Positions 53,013-62,705 of a stretch of DNA of 64,000 bases are shown piece after piece. The DNA lies in contig CAVPCQ010000038.1 in the NCBI GenBank assembly GCA_963702425.1, forward strand, positions 4,992 to 68,991, in the 5' to 3' direction. Position 1 is the first letter of the stretch. Each line of letters starts with the position of its first letter. The position numbers and the translations under genes are program-made. The notes beneath the pieces are model-generated. The model searched no databases. It saw nothing but the letters and a program-made list of their open reading frames with translations, and had not been told where the DNA came from. The DNA comes from an uncultured Acidobacteriota bacterium. Its GTDB lineage: Bacteria; Acidobacteriota; Polarisedimenticolia; J045.

Positions 53013-55688
53013 GTGGAGTCGAGCCGGCCATCTGCGATCGGCCTGAGCGTCGTCGTCGCCGTGCTGCTCACGACGGCCCCCGGCGTGCGCGGCGCGCGCG
53101 AGTTGACGCTCGACGAACGGGTCGATGCCCGGTGGGCGATCGAACAGGTCTTCTGGAACCACCGCATCTGGCCGGCGGAGAATCCCGGACCGAAGCCCTC
53201 CCTCGAGCAGGTTGTTTCCAGGCTCGCGCTCCGAGCGCGGGTGGAGCGCGAGCTCGAAGCCTTCGCCGCCGCCGAACGGTCGATCGGCCGCGCGATCACG
53301 GCCGACGAACTCCAAGACGAGGTCGCGCGCATGACCCGCGACAGCCGGGATCCGGAGATGCTGCGCGAGCTCTTCCGCGCCCTGAATGACGACCCCGAGC
53401 TGATCGCGGAGTGCCTGGCGCGCCCGCTCGTCGCGGATCGGCTGCGGCAAGGCGCGGCCCCCGCCGGATCGAAACTCCTGCCGCCGCTGGAGACGAAGCG
53501 GCGCCCGTGGTCGTTCTGCGACTACGACACCTGGCGCCAGATGACACCGTCCCCGCTCGCGCCGCGCAGTCACCACAGTGCGGTTTGGACCGGGAGCGAG
53601 ATGATCGTCTGGGGCGGTGCAGAGCCCGGGGCCACGCAGACGGGGGCGATCTACACCCCCGCGATGGGTTACTGGTTCTTCACGTCGATCACTCGCTTTA
53701 CGCCCGAGCCGCGCCTCGAGCACACCGCGGTCTGGACCGGGAGGGAGATGATCGTCTGGGGCGGCCGCGACCCCGCGATGGGCGAGGGCCAGTGGCTCCA
53801 GACCGGCGGCCGGTTCGATCCCGCCACCGGTGCGTGGACTCCGGTCTCCGTCCCGGCCGAAGCGCCTTCGGCACGCGCGCGCCACACCGCCGTCTGGACG
53901 GGGAGCGAGATGGTGATCTGGGGCGGCGAGGACCGAGCGGGCTCGCTCGACAGCGGCGGCCGCTACGACCCGGCGACGGAGCGCTGGCGCGGGGTGGGGC
54001 AGGCCGGATCGTTCATGCCCGGGCCGCGCAGCGGACACACGGCGACCTGGACCGGGGGCGAGCTGCTCATTTGGGGCGGCGAGTACAAGGACGCGTCCGG
54101 CGGCCGTCGCGCCCTGGGAGACGGCGCACGCTGGTCAGCGCTCGCGGACGCCTGGACTCCCGTCACGGCGGCCGGCGCGCCGAGTCCCAGGCGCGGACAC
54201 ACCGCGATCTGGACCGGAAGCGAGTTGATCGTCTGGGGCGGCCTCGATGATTCTGGAAACCCACCGACCGACGCGGGTGCGCGCTACGACCCGGCCACCG
54301 ACGGCTGGCGCGCCGTCAGCGCCGTCGACGCGCCATCCACCCGGGAGCTCCACAGCGCCGTGTGGACGGACCAGGAGATGGTCGTCTGGGGTGGCCTCGA
54401 TACGACCGGAGCGCCGCCGCTCGACGGCGGGGGCCGTTACGACCCGAAGAACGACCGCTGGGGCGCAACCACGGCGGATCGTGCGCCGGGCGGCCGGGCG
54501 CATCACACGGTCGTGTGGAACATCGGGGAGATGATCGTCTGGGGCGGGAGCGGGGGCGTCGCAGGCAGTCTGCTGGGCGATGGCGGCCGATACTGCGCGC
54601 AATGCCCGTACTGGTTCCCGGATGCCGACGGCGACGGGTTCGGTCTCTACGGAACCGGCGTGATCGCGTGCGAGCAGCCGGCTGCATATGTGGACAACTT
54701 CGACGACTGTGACGATACCGACGCGAGCATTCACCCGGGTGCAGAAGAGACCTGCAACCTGAAGGACGACAACTGCAGGGAGGGCGCGGACGAGGGCGTC
54801 ATGACACGGTTCTACCGGGACCGGGACGGCGACGGGTTCGGGCGAGCGGATGACGGCTGGTCCGCCTGCACCGCTCCCGAAGGCTACGTCGCGGACGCGA
54901 CCGACTGCGACGACTCGCGCGCGGCCGTCCATCCCGGAGCCGAGGAGCGGTTCCTGCTGGACAACTGCGATGACGGTCTCGACAACGACTGCGACGGCCT
55001 GTCCGACGACAGGGAGCCGGACTGCGCCAGCAGCATCACCAAGCCGGACTTCCCGTGGGCGCCGCCGCTGATCTACGCCGGACGTCCCGCCGAGCTGCGC
55101 ACCGGCGGTGCGCGATGCGATCTTGGCGATCCGGTCGAGTACCAGTTCCGATGGGGAGACGGCGCACTCTCCGAGTGGACCACCACCGGCCGAGCGAGCC
55201 ACACCTGGGTGGAGCCAGGCGAGTACGCCGTGCCGGCCCGGGCACGCTGCGGCGGTCACCCGGAGATCCTGTCGCCTTGGTCGACACCCGTCAGGATCCG
55301 CGTCAGCGCGCAACCCACGAGCGGGCCCGATCTCGTCGCCAGCCCGCGTTCCGTTCGGCAGGACTGCAAGCGGCGGAGCGGGGTCGAGGTCTGTACGCTC
55401 AAGGCCCGGATCGCGGTGCGCAACACCGGCGATGATCCCACTTGGTCGAGCCGGCTCGATTGGCTCGTCTCAGATGCGTTGGTCTGGGAGGAAGGCGACA
55501 AGCCCCTCTCCTCGGTCTTCGTGCCGGAGCTGAGGCCAGGCCGGACAAAGACCGTCAAGATCCTGTACACAATCCCCGGCGGGACGAGCGGGCGCGGAAA
55601 GTACCTCCTGGGACGATTGGACCCGGCCAACCGCATCCGGGAGCGGGACGAGCTGAACAACGACTTCGCGGTCGCGATTGGGCCCTAG
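53013..55688 (+). CDS. secreted Kelch-repeat protein with Cys-rich putative metal-binding repeats and PKD/CARDB-like C-terminal domains
   Basis: 891 aa from GTG 53013 with a signal peptide. At least seven repeats of H(T/S)AVWTG.E(M/L)(I/V)(V/I)WGG are present. Two to three D.DGDG(F)G.......C....(Y)V....DCDD.....HPGAEE motifs follow, then beta-sandwich domains. The stop TAG 55686-55688 lies in the MITE-flanking CTAG. Confidence 0.75.
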   Translation: MESSRPSAIGLSVVVAVLLTTAPGVRGARELTLDERVDARWAIEQVFWNHRIWPAENPGPKPSLEQVVSRLALRARVERELEAFAAAERSIGRAITADELQDEVARMTRDSRDPEMLRELFRALNDDPELIAECLARPLVADRLRQGAAPAGSKLLPPLETKRRPWSFCDYDTWRQMTPSPLAPRSHHSAVWTGSEMIVWGGAEPGATQTGAIYTPAMGYWFFTSITRFTPEPRLEHTAVWTGREMIVWGGRDPAMGEGQWLQTGGRFDPATGAWTPVSVPAEAPSARARHTAVWTGSEMVIWGGEDRAGSLDSGGRYDPATERWRGVGQAGSFMPGPRSGHTATWTGGELLIWGGEYKDASGGRRALGDGARWSALADAWTPVTAAGAPSPRRGHTAIWTGSELIVWGGLDDSGNPPTDAGARYDPATDGWRAVSAVDAPSTRELHSAVWTDQEMVVWGGLDTTGAPPLDGGGRYDPKNDRWGATTADRAPGGRAHHTVVWNIGEMIVWGGSGGVAGSLLGDGGRYCAQCPYWFPDADGDGFGLYGTGVIACEQPAAYVDNFDDCDDTDASIHPGAEETCNLKDDNCREGADEGVMTRFYRDRDGDGFGRADDGWSACTAPEGYVADATDCDDSRAAVHPGAEERFLLDNCDDGLDNDCDGLSDDREPDCASSITKPDFPWAPPLIYAGRPAELRTGGARCDLGDPVEYQFRWGDGALSEWTTTGRASHTWVEPGEYAVPARARCGGHPEILSPWSTPVRIRVSAQPTSGPDLVASPRSVRQDCKRRSGVEVCTLKARIAVRNTGDDPTWSSRLDWLVSDALVWEEGDKPLSSVFVPELRPGRTKTVKILYTIPGGTSGRGKYLLGRLDPANRIRERDELNNDFAVAIGP

Positions 55689-55847
55689 TGTCACGTAACC
55701 GAAGTCATGTTAACGCCGGGGCGGTCTGGCAAGCCGATGGCTGCGTTGCTCCTCCTTGCTGTACGGTTCAGTACAGCGTCGTCGTCGCGCCTTGCCCTCG
55801 GCTCACCATCCTCGCCCTGGCATTAACCTGACTTCGGTTACGTGACA

Positions 55848-55851
<4 letters not shown>
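55685..55851. mobile_element. MITE copy 2 (same orientation as copy 1)
   Basis: It is identical to 33530-33696 except at 55708 and 55710 (T instead of C). It is flanked by CTAG at 55685-55688 and 55848-55851, which hold the stop codons of the two convergent neighbouring genes. Confidence 0.85.
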
Positions 55852-57572
<1,721 letters not shown>

Positions 57573-57573
57573 T

Positions 57574-57596
57574 CGCGCATCTTACGGAGATGCGCG
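57574..57596 (-). promoter_or_regulatory. perfect 9-bp hairpin abutting the permease start codon
   Basis: CGCGCATCT-tacgg-AGATGCGCG ends 1 nt from ATG 57572. There is no Shine-Dalgarno sequence in between. The TAA stop (57582-57584) of the upstream ORF lies at the stem-loop junction. Confidence 0.3.
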
Positions 57597-58061
57597 TGGT
57601 AGGGGGGGTGGGGATGGGGGGGTGTGGGGGCACAGAGGCGGCCTACAGGCGGCACCGACAGGTCGAAACGTCGGCTGCGTCGTCGGGCCGGCACGGAGGC
57701 GGGTTTCTACAGGAAGGTGAGGGGGGACGGAGTTGCGCGTCAGGTTGCGCGAGCCGGCCACGGCCAGCGTCCCGTCGCGCGGCCGGTACTCGAGCAGCTC
57801 GAGCACCTCGTCCCCGCGCGGCGCCAGGGGATGCGCCTTCGGGTGGCGCACGATGCCGAACAGCACCCGCCGAACGCTCCCGTCGGCATCCAGCTCATGC
57901 TCGAGGATCGTCGCGCGACCGCGGTGGTGGGGCTTCAGGCGCCCGGCCGCGAGCAGCTCGGGCCGCGCCGCGAAGAGCTCGTCCAGCGCGGCGCGGGCCG
58001 CGGCCAGCGCGCGGCGGCGGGCGTTCCAGCGGGCGAGCGCGGCGGGGAGCCGGGTCAGCAC
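57582..58061 (-). CDS. hypothetical protein (weak call)
   Basis: 159-aa ORF from GTG 58061 with no obvious RBS. The first ~110 aa look protein-like (..ILEHELDADGSVRRVLFGIVRHPKAHPL..EVLELLEYRPRDGTL..). The C-terminal part runs through REP-like and C-rich sequence. The stop is 9 nt from the permease start. Confidence 0.3.
   Translation of the reverse strand: MLTRLPAALARWNARRRALAAARAALDELFAARPELLAAGRLKPHHRGRATILEHELDADGSVRRVLFGIVRHPKAHPLAPRGDEVLELLEYRPRDGTLAVAGSRNLTRNSVPPHLPVETRLRAGPTTQPTFRPVGAACRPPLCPHTPPSPPPLPRASP
57602..57630 (+). repeat. G-quadruplex-type motif (G7-T-G4-AT-G7-TGT-G5)
   Basis: GGGGGGGTGGGGATGGGGGGGTGTGGGGG on the + strand. That strand is the template strand for the flanking minus-strand genes. 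Confidence 0.6.
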
Positions 58062-58067
58062 CCCGCG

Positions 58068-58143
58068 AGGATAAGAAGGTCGAGGGAGGAGGAAGTGGGG
58101 GTGGGGGGGAAGGTGAGGGGAGAGAGGAAGGTAGGGGGGGGGG
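58068..58143 (+). repeat. ~75-nt polypurine / G-rich tract ending in G10
   Basis: GAGGATAAGAAGGTCGAGGGAGGAGGAAGTGGGGGTGGGGGGGAAGGTGAGGGGAGAGAGGAAGGTAGGGGGGGGGG, with only a few pyrimidines. G10 lies at 58134-58143. The tract fills the gap between two minus-strand genes. The minus-strand RNA would be a CCUCC-rich polypyrimidine tract. Confidence 0.6.
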
Positions 58144-58149
58144 CGAAGG

Positions 58150-58941
58150 TCAGACGCCGGCGGGGATCAGGCGGGCCTTCTGGAACGTTTCAAGCACCTG
58201 CCAGATCCGGGGGTGCGCGATCGCCACCGCCTCGAGGTAGTCGCGCGACAGCTCGAGCAGCTCGGTCGGCGCCGCGGTCGTGGCGGTCACGTTCCGGGGC
58301 ACGCGCGCCAGGGCCGAAACCTCGCCGAAGCAGCCGCCGTCGGTGATCGTCTCGATCTCGACCGGCGAGCCGTCCACGCCGTCCACCGTCAGCGTGACCT
58401 GCCCCTCGACGACCACGAAGATCGAGTCGCCGGGGTCGCCCTGCCGGAAGACGATGCCGCCGAGCGGAAGCTGGTGCAGCTCGGTGACGCCCAGGATCTG
58501 CGTCAGCTCGTCGCGGTCGAACTCCGAGAACAGCGGCGCGTAGCGGCGCAGCCGGGTGCGGATCGTCATCGACCGGGCCACCTCCGGCTCGGGCCGTGCG
58601 GGGTCGCGCGCCTCGTCGGCCGCGACCTCACCCAGGCGGGCGGTGACCTCGGCGTTCTTCGGGTCGATCCGGCGCGCCGCGGCGTAGACGGCGATCGCCT
58701 GGAGCATCTGGTCCTGCTTCTCCAGCTCCGCCGCCGCCGCCAGGTAGGAGTGCACTGCCTCCGCGCGGCGCCCCGCCGCCAGGTGGCACTCGGCGATCTT
58801 GCGCTGCCAGTGGGCGGCGTTCTTCGGCTCGCGTCGGAGTCGCTCCTCGTACATCGCGAGCGCGGCCTCGTGATCGCCGGCAGCCATGGCGTGGGAGGGA
58901 TCGACGTATCGCGGTTTCCTTCCGCCGAACAGAGGGAACAT
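58150..58941 (-). CDS. TPR-like N-terminus + cyclic-nucleotide-binding domain protein
   Basis: 263 aa. The N-terminal helical repeats read ..AALAMYEERLRREPKNAAHWQRKIAECHLAAGRRAEAV... The C-terminal part, ..GGIVFRQGDPGDSIFVVVEGQVTL...GGCFGEVSAL..PR.A...A, is a cNMP-binding fold. Confidence 0.75.
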   Translation of the reverse strand: MFPLFGGRKPRYVDPSHAMAAGDHEAALAMYEERLRREPKNAAHWQRKIAECHLAAGRRAEAVHSYLAAAAELEKQDQMLQAIAVYAAARRIDPKNAEVTARLGEVAADEARDPARPEPEVARSMTIRTRLRRYAPLFSEFDRDELTQILGVTELHQLPLGGIVFRQGDPGDSIFVVVEGQVTLTVDGVDGSPVEIETITDGGCFGEVSALARVPRNVTATTAAPTELLELSRDYLEAVAIAHPRIWQVLETFQKARLIPAGV

Positions 58942-58944
58942 GGC

Positions 58945-59916
58945 TCAGCTCCTCGCGACCAGCAGGCGGATGAACTTCTCGAGGATCTCCTGGTCGTAGC
59001 GCTTGCACTCGTCGCGGCGCAGCAGGGTGAGCGCCTCCGCTCCGCGCTTGGCACGCTGGTACGAACGGTCCGAGGTCATCGCGTCGTAGGAGTCGCAGAT
59101 CGCGGCGATTCGCGCCGCCTCGGGGATCGCCTTGCCGATCAGCCCACGCGGGTAGCCGCTGCCGTCCAGCCGCTCGTGGTGGCAATGGCAGACGTCGACG
59201 GCGAGCGGGTCTTTCCAGCCGGTCTCGCGCAGGATGTTCCGGCCGTGCGTCGGGTGGGTCATCATCTGCTCCCACTCGTCGCGGTTGAGCTTGCCGGGCT
59301 TGTTGATGAGGTGCGTGGGCAGCTTGACCTTGCCGCAGTCGTGCATCAGAGCGCCCCGCCCGATGCTGGCGAGTACGTCCGGCGCGTCGACCCCGCAGGC
59401 GCGCGCCAGCGACACCGCGAAGATCGAGACGTGCAGGGAGTGGGTGTAGGTGTAGTAGTCGTGCTCCATCAGGCGCACGGCAGTGGCCACCGTTTCCGGC
59501 CCGCGCATCAGCTCGCAGACGGCATCCGCGACGTTGTTCACGCGCTTGGCGGCGCCGGGCTTGCGGGGATCCTCGAGGATCTCGCGCAGGATCGGACGGC
59601 TCGCCTCGAGCAGCACCTCGACCCGCTGTTCGACCGGGATGCTCGGGTCGGTGATCCGCTCGTGCAGCCGCTCTTCGATGTAGGCCGTCCAGGCGGCAGA
59701 GTCGGAGAAGGGGACGTAGAGCGTCTCGACGCCGGAGGCGCGCAGCCGCGCGCGGTGGTCCATCGTGAAGTCGAGGTGCCGCGCGCGGTAGAGCACGGGT
59801 TCGGCCTCGCCGTGCCGGAGCCAGAGCTCGCAGGGCACGATCGAGCCCGGCGTGAGCATCGCCAGCGCGATCTTGAAGTAGGTCTGCTCGGCGACCGCTG
59901 CGGCGCCTGCCTGCAC
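58945..59916 (-). CDS. HD-GYP domain protein (putative c-di-GMP phosphodiesterase)
   Basis: 323 aa from GTG 59916 (GGAGG 5 nt upstream). Motifs seen: YTHSLHVSIF, LMHDCGKVKLP, HCHHERLDGSGYPRGL. Its stop is 3 nt before the start of the TPR-cNMP gene. It is hidden in shadow ORF 58945..61410. Confidence 0.8.
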   Translation of the reverse strand: MQAGAAAVAEQTYFKIALAMLTPGSIVPCELWLRHGEAEPVLYRARHLDFTMDHRARLRASGVETLYVPFSDSAAWTAYIEERLHERITDPSIPVEQRVEVLLEASRPILREILEDPRKPGAAKRVNNVADAVCELMRGPETVATAVRLMEHDYYTYTHSLHVSIFAVSLARACGVDAPDVLASIGRGALMHDCGKVKLPTHLINKPGKLNRDEWEQMMTHPTHGRNILRETGWKDPLAVDVCHCHHERLDGSGYPRGLIGKAIPEAARIAAICDSYDAMTSDRSYQRAKRGAEALTLLRRDECKRYDQEILEKFIRLLVARS

Positions 59917-60056
59917 CCCGGACCTCCGCGGCGCGCGCCGACCCCGTTCGCGGGGGTGCGCGCGGCCCACCACGGGAAAGGTGGGTCCCACGGCGGGCGA
60001 AGGGTAGGGGCCGGCCCCCGGGGGAGGGGGAGGGAGGACGGGGCCCCGTCGGGGGG

Positions 60057-60062
60057 TAGAAT
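60057..60062 (+). promoter_or_regulatory. candidate -10 element TAGAAT (context GGTAGAATCC) upstream of the S9 peptidase gene
   Basis: It lies 47 nt upstream of ATG 60109, in the divergent gap shared with the HD-GYP gene. The octamer TAGAATCC is shared with 32973-32980. Confidence 0.25.
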
Positions 60063-60108
60063 CCGCCGCTTCCCGCCAGGCCGGCCCGGACCGGCCGATC
60101 GAGCCCCC

Positions 60109-62705
60109 ATGACCGACACACCCAAGCGCCCCGTCACCGCGCAGGACCTCCTCGGCCTGCGGATCCCCGGCTCCCTCGCCGTCGACCCGGAGGGGCGCCG
60201 GATCGCCCTGACCGTGGCCGAGTCGGACTTCGACAAGAGCGAGATCCGGACCCAGCTCCACCTCGCGCCCGACCCGGCCGCGTCCCCGGACGAGCCCCGG
60301 GCCACCCGCGCTCTGACCTACGGGCTGGACGACGTGACCCAGCCTGCCTGGTCGCCCGACGGCCGGACGCTGGCGTTCGTCACCTTCCGCCCGCAGCCGC
60401 ACGAGGAGGAAGAGGACGACCGGCGCGAGGACGGCACCGACAAGAAGCAGGTCTTCATCCTTCCCGCCGACGGTGGCGAGGCGCGCCGCCTGACCGAAGC
60501 CGCGGAGGGGGTCGAGCAATACCGCTGGATGCCCGACGGCTCGGGGGTGATCTTCCTCGGCCACGCGCCGCGCCCGGCCGCCGAGCGCGGCTGGCGCCGC
60601 CGTCGGCGCGACCACCACGACGACCCGATCGTCGTCCACGCCGACGTGCCGGAGCACGAGATCTGGATCCAGCCGCTCGACGGCGCGCCGCACCGCGTGC
60701 TGGGCGGCGTCAAGGGGCTCGACGATTTCGACGTCTCGCCCGACGGCAAGTGGCTTGCGTACTCCGCCAACTTCACCGGTCTTCCGGACGATGCGGAGCG
60801 GATGGTGGTCGTGCTGCGTGCCATCGAGAGCGGCGAGGAGCGGCGCGCCAGCGGTGGCCGCGGCGGCGCGGAGAGCACCCCGACCTTCACGCTCGACGGG
60901 AAGTACCTGCTCTTCCACGGCTGGGCCGAGCCGACGCTGCTCTACAGCCGGCAGGAGCTGTTCGCGCTCGACCTCGCGCAGCCCGCCGCGCCGATCCGCC
61001 CGCTGCTGGCGACGCTGGACCGCGACCTGGAGGAGTACGCGCCGCTGCCCGACGGCCGCGCCGTCGTCGCGCTGGCGTGGGGGATGGAGACCCGCCTCGC
61101 GGTCGTCGATCCCGCCTCGGGCGGGACGCAGCTCGTGCCGCTCGAGGGGCGGATGATCACGGAGGTCGACGCGGCATCGAAGAGCGGCCGCGTCGCGGCG
61201 ATCGTCGAGGAGTCCGCGCGGCCGCCCGAGGCGGCTTGGATCGACTTGACGACCGGCGCGCTCGAGCCGCTGACCGACCTCAACCCGCAGGCCGAGGACT
61301 GGCTCCGCGCGCGGCGCGTGCGCGTGGCGTGGGAGACCGACGGGTTCGCGCACGAGGGGCTGCTCGTGCTGCCGCCGGAGCCTCCAGCGACGCCTGGGAC
61401 GGCGCCGCACGCGCCCAAGGCACCCCGAACGGTTCGACGGCGGCGCCGCCCCCCCCGGTCCTGGTCTGGATCCACGGCGGCCCGCACTGGCGCGCGATCG
61501 ACACCTACCGCGTCTACGAGGCCGAGGCTTTCGCGGCCGACGGCTGGGCGGTCTTCATGCCGCAGTACCGCGGCTCCTCGGGATACGGGCAGGACTACTC
61601 GCTCGCCCTGCGCGGCGACCTCGCCGGGGGCGACGTGCGGGACATCCTGGCCGGGCTGGATCGCGTCGCGGCGGAGGGGCTGGTCGACCCCGCGCGCGCC
61701 GCGGTCGGCGGCGCGAGCTACGGCGGCTACCTCACCAACTGGATGATCGCGACGACGGATCGCTTCAGGGCCGGCGTGTCGGTCGCCGGAATCTTCGACC
61801 TGGCGCAGGACTACTCGACGTCGGAGTACGCCAACTGGGAGGTCCACTACCTCGGCGGCCGACCGTGGGAGCAGCCCGAACTCTACCGCGCGCGCTCGCC
61901 CCTGGCCCACGCCGCGGGGATCGTCGCGCCGATCCTGATCGTGCACGGCAGCGACGACGACACGACGCTGGTCACCAACGGCCGGGCGCTCTTCCGCGCG
62001 ATGCAGTCCCTGGGAAAGACGGTCGAGATGGTCGTCTACCCGCGCGAGGGACACGGGATCTTCGAGCCGACGCACCGGCTCGACGCGCACCAGCGCGCGG
62101 CCGGCTGGCTGGATCAGCACGTGCTCGGGCGCGCGCCGCTGCACGTCGCGGGGCGGCGGGTCGCGCTGGAGGGGATCGAGCTGCTGCCGCTGGCGCACGC
62201 GACGCGCAAGGACTACGCGGGGGTGCGGCCGCCGCCCGGCCGCGCGTTCCTGGAGGTGGCGCTGCTGCTGAAGGACACGCGCACCGGCGGCGACGCGCTG
62301 CGGCTGGGCGCAGCGGGGCCCGGGGCGGACGTCGTGTTGGTCGACGAGGCGGGGACGCTCTTCCGGCCGATCGGCGTGCCGCTCGAGGTCCACGGGCAGC
62401 CGGTGCTGCTGCGCGGGCGCGGCGTGGTCGAGTCCTGGCCCAGCGAGGACGGCCGGCCGTCGGCGCTGCCGCTGGCGGCGGTCTTCGAGATCCCCGCCGG
62501 GCCGGGGCTGTTCCGGCTCCAGGTCGCGGGGATGCCGCCGGTGCTGCTCGACGTCGCGCCGCCCGAGGATGATGACGACGACGAGGACGGCGAGGGTGGG
62601 CCGGGCGATGCCGGCGCCGATGCCGGCGCCGATGCCGATGCCGACGCCGGTCCGATGCCGACGGAGAGGACACCCCGTGAACGCCGACTACGCGCGGCTC
62701 CGTGA
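60109..62705 (+). pseudogene. S9 prolyl oligopeptidase / acylaminoacyl-peptidase family protein (beta-propeller + alpha/beta hydrolase + extra C-terminal domain); -1 frame disruption between 61378 and 61456
   Basis: The N-terminal frame (part of 58213..61746) reads MTDTPKRPVTAQDLL..WSPDGRTLAF..VSPDGKWLAY.. through ..FAHEGLLVLPPE. The C-terminal frame (60750..62705) reads ..PPPPVLVWIHGGPHW.., VGGASYGGYL (GxSxGG), LIVHGSDDD, YPREGHGI. A C8 homopolymer lies at 61449-61456, in the switch zone. Confidence 0.8.

Noticed and set aside
62580-62660. Hexanucleotide-type repeat GATGCCGGCGCC/GATGCC encoding ..DDDDDEDGEGGPGDAGADAGADADADAG.. at the end of the S9 peptidase gene, considered as a possible VNTR or contingency locus.
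   Set aside because: It is a short, in-frame, imperfect repeat that simply encodes an acidic low-complexity tail. There is no evidence of length variation within this single sequence.
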